NCBI GenBank assembly: GCA_043228905.1
Contig: JBHGNT010000007.1
Location: 14,756,001 to 14,820,000 of the forward strand
Length of the DNA: 64,000 nucleotides
Direction of reading: 5' to 3'
Origin: Azolla caroliniana
Taxonomy: Eukaryota > Plantae > Polypodiophyta
Numbering within the stretch: position 1 is the first letter of the stretch; each line of letters begins with the position of its first letter. Of this stretch, positions 38,160 to 48,443 are shown in pieces. A program made the position numbers and the translations under genes. The notes beneath the pieces were generated by a model, which ran no database searches, was not told the origin of the DNA, and was given only the letters and a program-made list of their open reading frames with translations.

Positions 38160-38213
38160 AGCGGACTGTTGCGGAGTGGGGAAGTGATAGTCCGAGAAGC
38201 CCTGATACCCCAC
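38150..38213 (+). promoter_or_regulatory. -1 programmed frameshift signal (G_GAU_UUU plus H-type pseudoknot)
   Basis: Stem 38162-38170 with 38186-38194; loop GTGGGG 38176-38181 with CCCCAC 38208-38213; -1 frame open into pol. Confidence 0.8.
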
Positions 38214-41200
38214 ACAGGAAGAAAACTCTCGGAGCAAAACAAGTACGAATCGGCCCGGATGGGGCATCTACGTACACGGCCGTAACCGGAGGAATGAAGA
38301 AACAATACCGACAAGTGGAGGATAAGTTACGGTCGGCATCAATAATAAAAGAAGACGAAGAAATCGTGGGAGTGATCGAGGAAGTGTTCTATGGGAATAC
38401 ACTACAACGGCTTGAAGAGCTTGCGGAAGATAAAAGCCAAGGGAACCGGGTAGTCCCGGTGGAATCGGTCGAGATGTACGAGATCATTGCGAAAATGGGG
38501 CCGGATGCGCTCCGCAAAGAAGAAGCAATGGTAAGTACGAAATACAAGACCGTGGAGAAGAAGGTGAAACCGGCCGCGGGACCACTACCCGCCGATAGCG
38601 AACAAAAGAAGAAAGAAGTCTCGGGAGATCCGACACTTCGGAAGTCCGTGGATATCGGACATGCCTTCACAGATGAGACCCGGAAGAAACTTCGGATCGG
38701 TGGAGGTGGGTTCCTGTTACAAGAAGAAGAAAAACGGTTTCGAGAGATGTTGGAGCAACATGGCAAAGCATTCGCGTTCACATCGAGGGAGATCGGATGC
38801 ATTGATCCAAAGATAGTGGAGCCGATGGTGATTTTCACGATTGATCATGTACCGTGGAACCTGAAGCCGATTCCGGTGCCACGGGCACATATTCCGAAAG
38901 TCATCGACTTGCTCAAGGAGAAGGTGGCGATGGGGATTCTAGAGCCATCAAGTGCTCCGTACTCAAATCGATGGTTTACGGTTCCGAAGAAGAATGGGTC
39001 ACTCCGATTCATCCAAGACTTGCAACCGGTGAACAAGGTCACGATCCGGAACTCGGGAGTCGGTCCGATAGTGGACGAATTCGCGGAAGCTTTTGCCGGA
39101 CGTGCGATATACTCCATCGGGGACCTATACTCGGGGTATGACCAATTCCAACTAGCCGTGGAGAGCCGAGACATCACTACCATGCGGACACCGATAGGAC
39201 TAGTTCGAATGTGCACACTACCACAAGGAGCGACAAACTCGGTTGCACATATGATGAACGCGATGAACAAGGTGCTTCGAGATTGCATCCCGGAGATAAC
39301 GATGCCATTTCTAGATGACATTCCGATGAAAGGATGCGCGGTGGAAGAAAAAGATGAGACTATGGATGATCGGGGATGCCGAAAGTTCGTGGTCAACCAT
39401 ATTCATGATTGCGAGAAAGTGTTGCGAAAGCTAGAAGATGTGCACCTAACACTTTCCGGGGAGAAATCGGCATTCGGGCAAGAAGAAATATTGGTGGTCG
39501 GACATCTATGTGGACCCTACGGCCGAAGACCGTCACCAACAAAGATCGATGCGATTCAAGCTATGAAGGAAGTATGTGAGTCAACATCGGAAGTCCGAAG
39601 GTTTCTGGGTGCGTGTGCATTCTATCACATATGGATTCCGCACTATGCACATATAGCGGACCCGCTCTATCACTTGTTGCGGAAAGGTAAGAAATTCGAG
39701 TGGAAACTGGAACACACTAAAGCCATGAGGAAGCTCAAGAAGACACTATGGAGGGCGGAATCACTTAAGAAGCCAAGCTACGAGCGGCCAATCATAGTAA
39801 CGGTTGATACAAGTCCAACCGGTATCGGGTGGGTCATCAATCAAGCCGACTCGGATGGTTCGCGGTATCCGATCCGATTTGGAGCAAAGGTCCTCAACGA
39901 AAGGCAACGCGGATATGCACAAGTCAAAAGAGAATTGTGGGGAGTCGTGTCGGCGATAAAATCGGATCGGGATTATTTGATCGGAGCTGAAGTGGTGATC
40001 GAGACGGATTGTCTTCCGATACTCGGGATGATGCGGTGTTGTACGATACCGGATGTGGCTATGCTAAGGTGGATTGCATATGTCAAGTCACTTAATCCGG
40101 AGGTTCGACACATCTCGGGGAAGGACAACGCGGTAGCGGACATGTTATCGAGGGCGCGGTTTGAAGACGACATAACCGAATCAGATAATGAAGAAGTTTC
40201 CGAAGACTACTTCACGTCAGAACACATATGCCGAGTGAACGTGATCCGAGAATTCCGGGAAGAAGAATACGAGGGGGAAACCTTGATGATTGGGAAGATG
40301 CTACAAGAGGTCGAGGATTCAACCAATGATAAAGAAAGGAGAGCCGAGATCCGAAGGAAGAAGAGGCAAGTCCAAAGGTTCTTCTTGGAAAACGGTTTAA
40401 TATGGAGGACGCCGAAAAGACCGGATGGGATACCACTTCGAGTAGTCGGGACGAAAGAGCAACGAAACCGGATAATGTCCGAGTTCCACGAATCCGATTG
40501 GGCTGGACATCGAGGAACATGGGCAACTTTTGTGAAAATCAAGCAAAGATATTGGTGGAAGAACATGTATAAAGATGTCGCGGAGTTCACAGAAAGCTGC
40601 GAGAAATGTCAAGTCTACTCCGGGGTCCGACACCGAGATGAGCTGCATCCGACATTCTCACCGACAATCAACTTCAAGTGGATGGTCGACATTGTAGCTA
40701 TGCCGACCGGGATTGGACAAAAGAAATACTTGGTGTTAGCTCGAGAAGATCTCACAAACCAAGTTGAAGGTCGAGCGCTTCGGAGGAAAACGTGTGCCGC
40801 GGTGTGCCAATTTCTTTTGGAAGAAGTGTTTTGTAGGTACGGCTGCGTAGGACAAGTGATTGCGGACCGGGGAGAACTCGACTCGGACAAAGCTAGGGGA
40901 TTCTTCGCCAAACATGGAGTTCGGTTAACGTTGACAACGGCCTACAATCCGGAGGCCAACGGGAAGATCGAACGAGGACATAGTCCGATCGTGAAAGCAC
41001 TTGCGAAGGCATGCGACGGAAGGGTGAAGGATTGGCCACAAATGCTTCCGTATGCACTATGGGCGGATCGGACAACGCATAGCTCCGTGACCGGTTACAT
41101 GCCGGCAGAACTCATGACCGGACAAGCACCGGTAATGCCAACGGAAACCGCAATCACGACATGGACAATACTACCGTGGAAGGAAGAGATGAGCCGGGAA

Positions 41201-41761
41201 GAACTACTAGCGGTCCGGATACGACAACTGGAGGGAAGACCGAAAGATGTAGCGGAAGCGTCACGCCGACAACAAGAAGCACGGTTCCGGAACAAAAGCC
41301 GGTTCGACACAAAGCACCGACTACGACCGAGGAGGATTGAAGAAGGAGATTGGGTGATCGTCTATGATAGTAGCTTGGACCATCAACATACAACGATACG
41401 GAAATTCGCGAAAAGGTGGTTCGGGCCGTACGAGGTTCGGAAGGTCTTCGACAACGGGACGTACCGACTGTCCGAGTTGGATGGAACAATACTACGAGTG
41501 CCTATAGCCGGGAAGCGGGTGAAGATTTTCAAGAAGCGGACCGACGACAAACCTTATGTGATCCAAGTCGAGGCCGACAACGAGGAGCAATCGGACGAAG
41601 ACCACAATGATGCGGGAAGCGAAGAAAGTGGATTACAACTCATAGTCGACATAAGGGGAGAATCGGAGGAAGCTTCGGATGAAGACGGATACGAAGAATC
41701 AAGAACTTCGGCACATACCGGAGGATGTGCGGGTTTGGAGGGGGCGAGTGTCGTAGTGTAG
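38156..41761 (+). CDS. G2 pol (RT-RH-INT) in the -1 frame
   Basis: LPQGATNS, FLDDI, VDTSPTGIG, ETDC, HHCC, YNPEANGKIER, GPY; open throughout. Confidence 0.93.
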   Translation, partial: LKRTVAEWGSDSPRSPDTPHRKKTLGAKQVRIGPDGASTYTAVTGGMKKQYRQVEDKLRSASIIKEDEEIVGVIEEVFYGNTLQRLEELAEDKSQGNRVVPVESVEMYEIIAKMGPDALRKEEAMVSTKYKTVEKKVKPAAGPLPADSEQKKKEVSGDPTLRKSVDIGHAFTDETRKKLRIGGGGFLLQEEEKRFREMLEQHGKAFAFTSREIGCIDPKIVEPMVIFTIDHVPWNLKPIPVPRAHIPKVIDLLKEKVAMGILEPSSAPYSNRWFTVPKKNGSLRFIQDLQPVNKVTIRNSGVGPIVDEFAEAFAGRAIYSIGDLYSGYDQFQLAVESRDITTMRTPIGLVRMCTLPQGATNSVAHMMNAMNKVLRDCIPEITMPFLDDIPMKGCAVEEKDETMDDRGCRKFVVNHIHDCEKVLRKLEDVHLTLSGEKSAFGQEEILVVGHLCGPYGRRPSPTKIDAIQAMKEVCESTSEVRRFLGACAFYHIWIPHYAHIADPLYHLLRKGKKFEWKLEHTKAMRKLKKTLWRAESLKKPSYERPIIVTVDTSPTGIGWVINQADSDGSRYPIRFGAKVLNERQRGYAQVKRELWGVVSAIKSDRDYLIGAEVVIETDCLPILGMMRCCTIPDVAMLRWIAYVKSLNPEVRHISGKDNAVADMLSRARFEDDITESDNEEVSEDYFTSEHICRVNVIREFREEEYEGETLMIGKMLQEVEDSTNDKERRAEIRRKKRQVQRFFLENGLIWRTPKRPDGIPLRVVGTKEQRNRIMSEFHESDWAGHRGTWATFVKIKQRYWWKNMYKDVAEFTESCEKCQVYSGVRHRDELHPTFSPTINFKWMVDIVAMPTGIGQKKYLVLAREDLTNQVEGRALRRKTCAAVCQFLLEEVFCRYGCVGQVIADRGELDSDKARGFFAKHGVRLTLTTAYNPEANGKIERGHSPIVKALAKACDGRVKDWPQMLPYALWADRTTHSSVTGYMPAELMTGQAPVMPTETAITTWTILPWKEEMSREELLAVRIRQLEGRPKDVAEASRRQQEARFRNKSRFDTKHRLRPRRIEEGDWVIVYDSSLDHQHTTIRKFAKRWFGPYEVRKVFDNGTYRLSELDGTILRVPIAGKRVKIFKKRTDDKPYVIQVEADNEEQSDEDHNDAGSEESGLQLIVDIRGESEEASDEDGYEESRTSAHTGGCAGLEGASVVV

Positions 41762-42793
41762 GTTGCACACTATGTGGAAATTATATTTTTGTCCCTCCGG
41801 ATAGAGAATGGAGTGCTCGGTGAGAACCGGAAGAAAACGGCATACCGGCAAGGAGGAAAAACGGCATACCGGCAAGGAGGAAAGACGGCATACCGGCAAG
41901 GAAGAAAACGGCATACCGGCAAGGAAGAGCCGGATAAAGAGACATAAATGTAAAAAGAAAGGAAATACTCACTACTGCGCAGGGCGTGATTCGAACTCTG
42001 CACCTCCACGTTGACAAACCCCAACCTTACCATTACATTAACTTATCTTAAGTGTTCTAAATATAGATTTAATATGTATAAGACCTTTATTTATGCATAC
42101 CTTTATTAAAAGGTAAATCGTGTATTTTTTTAATATATGAAAAAGAAAAAACGCGAGACACTAAAAATAACTCATGCACATCTAGCGTGCATGAGCCCTA
42201 TACTTAGGAAATAAAAAAGCATCACATGCACATTTAGTGAACATGAACACTTTTTGTAAAAAAAAAAAAGCATGAAGCCATGCTTAGCTCTTCTTTCCTT
42301 ATATAAGGAGGAGAGAAATATGTAAAGGGTTGTTGATTATTTGGATTAAGTATTAATCAATACAAAAATTATTCGTGGGGATTCACGATTTATACGTCTA
42401 CTTCTCTCTTAACACCCTAAGTACCAATTAATATAGTATACTCGTGTGATTCACGAGTTTCTTATCTTTCTCTTTGCTATTTACTCATAATTAATCTCTA
42501 TCTCACGAACTTCTTTCTCCTAGTCCAAGACCTCTGTGGTTCCCACCCGACTCACGCAACGATCCGGAGCCGAAAGGCACGACAACGCAAAATTGGAAAT
42601 GTTCATATTGGTCAGCCACTCACATTAATAGAAGGGGTATAAGTGTTACAACCCCCAGACCAAACACGTGAGAGTGAGCCAAGATGTTGTCTTCGACGAG
42701 TTGGCGTCCTAGTATTAACTTTCGACTCCAACCCCCGAGAACTCGAACCTCCTGATTAATGAGGATGAGGTCAGTGAGGCTGACATGATCCCC

Positions 42794-42858
42794 GAAGAAG
42801 AAGAAGAAGAAGAAGAAGAAGAAGAAGAAGAAGAAGAAGAAGAAGAAGAAGAAGAAGA
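42794..42858. repeat. (GAA)n microsatellite
   Basis: Direct inspection; within Copia D acidic linker. Confidence 0.95.
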
Positions 42859-43124
42859 CTTCAGCACTCTGGAAGAGAGTCTAATGTCATTTCGGCTGAG
42901 TGCGCTGAATGAAGACATGAGTTGGAATGACCAGTTGAATGAAGAATCGGCGAGCAGTGACGACTCGGCCGTGCTCTCCCCGCGCAAGGAACCGCGGAGA
43001 CGGTTCACGCGCAAAGAAAAGGGGAAGATGAAGATGCCGGAGTATGGCACAGACAAAGATGCATCGGATCATGGAGATTTTGACACAAACCGAAGCGAAG
43101 ACGGGCCTCAAGCGTTGAGGTCAG

Positions 43125-46100
43125 TGTTAGGAATATGTCCCTCCCATGGGAGGGGCCGACTAGTCGGACCAAGAGTCGACAGTCGAAGACAAGGAGTAGT
43201 CGACTAGTCGGGCCAAGAGCCGAAAATCGATGTTGTGGGGAGTCGACAACATAGTAAGTGATCCAAGTCGAAGACATGACCGACTAGTCGGGCTGACACT
43301 AGTGTCGGCTAGTCAAATCGACTAGTCGATTAGTCGGGTAATTAACTGCTATTATTATTAGTATAATAATAGAAGTGAGAGTAGTAGGGACTATATCTGT
43401 AAATAGCCCATAAGGTGTATAAGTATAAATACAGTTAGGGCAATGCTTTAGACAGTAGAACAATATAGTAAAACAAAAAACAGGATAAATACTATGAGTT
43501 CTTGTAGCTGTGAGTTAAAGAGAGTGCAGAGAGTACGTGAGAGAGACCGGTGGAAGAGTTTGAGCTAACCTATTAAGAACCCTAAGTGGTTATCCTTTGA
43601 GCATCAAAGAAGAGTTGTAACCGTTTTCTTGTACTCTCCGTGTATAGTGGAAGATTTGTTCTCCCATGGTTTTCCCCGTTTAGGGTTTCCACATAAGACT
43701 GTGTGCATTGTATATCTCTGTCTATTTTTGTTGTTTTCTATTTCCGCATTATTGTGTATTTCACAGTCGTTCTTTCTCACGAATCTAAGGGATCGAAACC
43801 CATCAAACTAGTATTAGAGCGTAGGTGAAAGATGGAAGGAGATGTGAGTGGCTTCCCGGGTATGACATTTCTAAACTCTCAGAATTATGTAGACAAGAAG
43901 ATAAAGATGTTTTGTTGAGGGCATTCTTCCTCTCATATAGATTTGACAGCTTTTGCTGCATCTTGTAGGCATTTGTGTCGTTCGCCATATGTTGAAGGAC
44001 ACTTACATCGATGCACTATCTTATGGTGACCACTGCCTTTCTGTTCAGAAGTTTCCATTCTAACCCTAATACCCCCATGGGTATTTCTCCTCTGTCGATG
44101 GGCTCGTACAGGTCTTTGACTATGAGAAGGTCTTCCATCTTATTGTGAGAAAGATTGTGAGGTTGAAATACAAGGACGGAGAAAGCATAGTGGAGCACGT
44201 AAGCACATTCATGGGGTATGTGAACCAACTTGTGGCAATCAAGTTTCCCATTGATGATGCTATGCAGGCCATCCTACTAATGTGTACCCTGTCGGACAAC
44301 TGGGAGAACCTAGTGGTGACTCTCAGCACCTCGTGTCAGGAAGAGGACTTGTCTCTACAAATGGTAAAAACAAGCATCTTGAACGAGGAGACAAGGAGGA
44401 AGGACAAGGGTGTCATGTTCCAGTCGGAGTCAAACTTGACTCAACATACCGACAAAGAAGTCCATAGAGAAGGGATAAGTCTCAAGCCAGGTCCAAGTCC
44501 AGAGGAAAGCTGACAGGCTTTTATTGTGGAAAGCCTGGGCACTTTCAGAAGGATTGTTGACACCTCAAGAAGGACAAGAGTGTCGAACCCAGGAAGATTC
44601 CTGATGAAAAGGGCACATCAGTCATAGCTACAAGTGTAGAGGAGATCATGTTCATTTGTGAGCAGGCAAGCACAAATGTTGCAAGTGAAGAGTACACATG
44701 GGTTATCGACTTTGGTGCATCTTTCCATATAACTTCGTCGAGAGAGTGTTTCTCGACTTACACAACTTGTGATCATGGCTATGTAAAGATGGGAAACAAT
44801 GAGGAATGCAAGATAGTCGGCATAGGAAGTGTAAGCCTAATGACGTCGACAAGTTGTCAACTGACTCTAAGGGAAGTTCAACATGTCCCCGATATCATAT
44901 TGAATTTGATATCAATTGGAAGGTTGGATGATGAAGGCTATAGTGGTATCTTTCGAAACGACAAGTGGAAGTTCTGCTAAGGAAACATCATAGTGGCCTA
45001 AGCACAGAAAGAGGGCACACTGTATATGATGCATGGCCGACTGTGCTAGTCGGAAGTGAATGTGGCAGCCGACTCGAGTGGAGAGCTATGGTATAAAACA
45101 CTAGGCCACATGAGCGAAAAAGGGATGCATATCCTAGCTGACTAGGAACTTCTCTTAGAAGTGAAAGGAGTGCACTTGGAGAAGTGTGTCGTCTGCTTAG
45201 TCAGAAAGCAGAACAAAACTGCATTCCACTCAAGACCACCAAAGAGAAGAGAAGTTGCACTGGAACTAGTACACACAGATGTGTGCTATGTAGATGCTCC
45301 ATCACATCGAGGTGGACAGTACTTCATGACGTTCATTGATGACTACAATCGAAAGTTGTGGGATTTCGTACTAAAGTTGAAGGACCAAGTATTGTCATTC
45401 TTCAAGTAGTTCCAAGCAAGGGCTGAAAGAGAGTCAGGTCGGAAGTTGAAGACTGTCTTAACTGACAATGGTGGCAAATATAAAGGGCAGTTCAAAGAAT
45501 ATTGCAAGGCCCAAGGTATTCGAATCAAATACACAGTGTCGAAAACCCTTGAGTTGAACGGGCTTGCAGAGAGAATGAATCAGATGATCATGGAGAGAGA
45601 AGGAGCATGTTGTCGCATGCTAAACTGCCAAAACCTTATTGGGCTGAGGCGATGTATCAACTATTTATCTGATCAATAGGTCTCCCTTAGTACCATTGAA
45701 AGGTGATGTCCCACATAGGGTGTGGACAGGAAAGGATGTATCCTACCAACACCTGAGGGTGTTCGGATGTTTGGGGTATATGCATGTGGCTTAGGATCAG
45801 AGGTTGAAGCTCGACAGTAAGTCGAAACCATGCATATTCGTGGGATACTCAGAGAATGAGTTCGGCTATAGGCTGTAGGATTTAGTCGACAAGAAGGTAG
45901 CGAGGAGTTGGGATGTAGTCTTTTTGGAAGACAAGAAGATGGAGGATTGGAAGCAACAAAAGTCTCTCCCACTACAACCGACTTAAGGCCAAGTGAACCG
46001 ACACAATCAGTTGTTCGGAGATAGCCAGTCGGCAGAGCCGAATCCGAGTCGGTCAATTCGGAGCAACCGACAAATACAGATGAGTCGGGGTCGGTGGACC

Positions 46101-47700
46101 TATTGAAGTCGATCGAGCACTACGTTGCAATCGGCTAATCCTCAACGACCGATCAACACATATGAACCCGAGCCAAGAGTAGAGTCGGTAGAGAAATTCA
46201 GACTGGAGCCGACAACGGGTGGATGAAGATACCCACTCAAAGAAAGAAGAGCACCAACTACATATGCTAGTCAGTACATCCTCTTGACTCATGAAGGTGA
46301 AGTAGAGTGCTATGATGAAGCCACTGTCGATGAGCACAAGGAGAAATGGCAAAGTGCAATGCAAGACCTATGACCTAGTAGAGTTACTGAAAGGTAAAAG
46401 AGCACTCAGAAATAAATGCGTCTACAAGGTGAAGACTAGAGAAGTCGACAACACACCCAGATATAAAGACCACATAGTGGTGAAGGGGTTTCAACACAAA
46501 AAGGGTGTCGAATTTGACGAAATTTTTGCATTAGTCATAAAGATGACATTAATCAGAACTATTCTAAGCATAGCTGCTAGCATGTATCTGGAGATCGAAC
46601 AATTGGATGTCAAATCAACATTCTTGCACGGTGAGCTAGATGAAGAAATCTACATGCAACAGCTCGAAGCCTTTGAGGAGAAAGGGAAAGAGAGGTTGGT
46701 GTGTCGACTGAAGAAAAGCTTGTATGAGTTGAAACAAGCTCCATGCCAATGGTACAATAAGTTCAAGAGCTTCATGCTGGAACATAGGTTCCCGAAAACC
46801 CAGGTTGACCATTGTGTGTACGTAAAGAGGTATAATAAAGGTGACTTCTTAATTCTCGTATTATATGTTGATGACATGTTGATAGTCGGACAAGCCACAA
46901 AGAAGATCGTGAGCTTGAAGAAAGCATTAAGCAAGTCGTTTGCCATGAAAGATCTTGAACCGACTAAACAGATTTTAGGGATGCACATAGTTCGGGACAG
47001 AAAGCTGATAAGTCCAGTATGGGGGCAATAAGTTGATACATGAGTAATCCAGAAAGATCTTGAGAACGTTGTTGCGAAGATGCTCGCATGCATGTGCTAC
47101 TTGAGCGGGACCACCGGGGCCACGAACCAGGGAGGACGTTCACGAATTTGTCCAAACGACGATGATGTGGATGTTACAGTCAAGGAAACCAATGTCACAT
47201 TTGAAAAAAACAAAGAGTTTTAGACTCAAGAAGAAGATTATATTGATAGTGATGATAATGATATCACATATTCAAACCCCCCTTTACACAAGCCTTACGA
47301 GGGTTTTTATAGGTCTATGCATGCTTCTAACATGCACAAAACCATGGGCTTGGACCCATGGTTTTTTGGGCACATGGTTTTTCTTGTGGCATGCACAAAA
47401 CCATGGGCTTGGAACATGGTTTTGTGCACACGGTTTTGTACGGTTTTTTTCCTATGCCTTTTGAATATGAAAAGAAATACATAACATTTAAAGTACTTGG
47501 TAATAGCCCTAATGGTAAGATGAATATTTTCTATCTTGGAGGTGCAAGGTTCAAATCTTGCTTGCACCCCTCTATATGCACTCGAATGCCACTAGGCCCT
47601 AGGATAATTTTCATATTTATAATCGTTTGTGTAATGTGCGTGGAACTATACTATTTCACAATTTCTCCCATTGGACACGCAACCTCACGACAATGCAGTC
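43125..47700 (+). mobile_element. Copia E, decayed; 5' LTR 43125-43805; 3' end missing
   Basis: TG...CA LTR, decayed Met PBS TAGTATTAGAGC at 43809, gag/PR/INT/RT remnants with stops. Confidence 0.88.
47070..47692 (-). mobile_element. Old solo LTR of the Trp-primed lineage in Copia E RT
   Basis: TGTTGCG...CACGACA; shares GCGGGACCAC and tRNA-like block with other LTRs; flanks ACGT/ATGC within host MSNP..NAV motif. Confidence 0.72.
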
Positions 47701-47731
47701 GTCTAGGTGCGGAACAATCTCAACACTCTTT

Positions 47732-48443
47732 TGTTAGGAGATTGTTAATAGATGCAATGAAGAAGATTGATCGCAACTAGAAACAGAATCAAGAAGGAAG
47801 ATCAACAAGAACGCAAGAGAGAGAGAGACGTTAGGCACAAGATGAACTATATTTGCAACAACCAAAAGGCTAGGTTACAAAGTCAGTTTATATACTAACT
47901 AACTTAGGGCGACTGCCCTTCTCACTATTTACATAAATAGCCTAAACCTAGTGTGTACAAAGGGAGACAATGTGAATACGTTCATTAGAGACCCGTATTC
48001 AACACTCCCCTGTAATGGGTGTATACATCGAAAATTTGTAGATCAAAATAAATGTACAATACAGATTGATACAAGATTTTTCGAACAAATGGAAAATTTC
48101 GTTCGAGTCGGTGAGCTTCGACAACAAAAGGGTGAACTGGGTGAGATTGGGAAAACTAAGACCGAGCTTCGAGCTGTCGAAGTCGACTGTTCGAAAAACA
48201 TCCTGAGTATCCGACTTAATGAGACTGATTCTTAGTTACGCCCATCTGGTGTCGTCGGGATCGGAATCAATCCGTCGAAAGACATTTGGTCATCCCATCT
48301 GCGACATTTTCGGATGTAGATATCGAGGCCGATTTTTCCTAAGATTACGCAGTCCCAAACAAAGTGATATTGAACGTCCATATGGTTGGAGACGTTGTGA
48401 TGAACCGGATTTTTCGACATAACAACATCACCATGACTATCAC
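47732..48443 (-). mobile_element. Copia F 3' fragment (RNase H end, PPT, LTR to 48004)
   Basis: KNPVHHN..HMDVQYHFV; CAACA-CTCCCC junction at 48000-48011; left boundary uncertain. Confidence 0.65.

Larger units (their letters stand above)
35246..42584 (+). mobile_element. G2: intact tRNA-Trp-primed non-chromovirus Gypsy; LTRs 35246-36081 and 41749-42584; 4-bp TSD ACGC
   Basis: 836-bp LTRs with no differences seen; PBS TGGTGAACCCGACGTGA 36086-36102; PPT GGAGGGGGCGAG before 41749; 4 x 24-bp repeats in U3. Confidence 0.97.
33787..43124 (+). mobile_element. Copia D fragment (PR, INT), split by G2 at the KLDAK motif
   Basis: WYIDFGASNHMT, LWHKRIGH, DLIHSYVWG; resumes at 42589 with KGYKCYNP; LTRs not recognised. 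Confidence 0.85.

Noticed and set aside
42785-43207. Poly-Glu protein ORF
   Set aside because: GAA microsatellite in a dead Copia linker, running into the next LTR.
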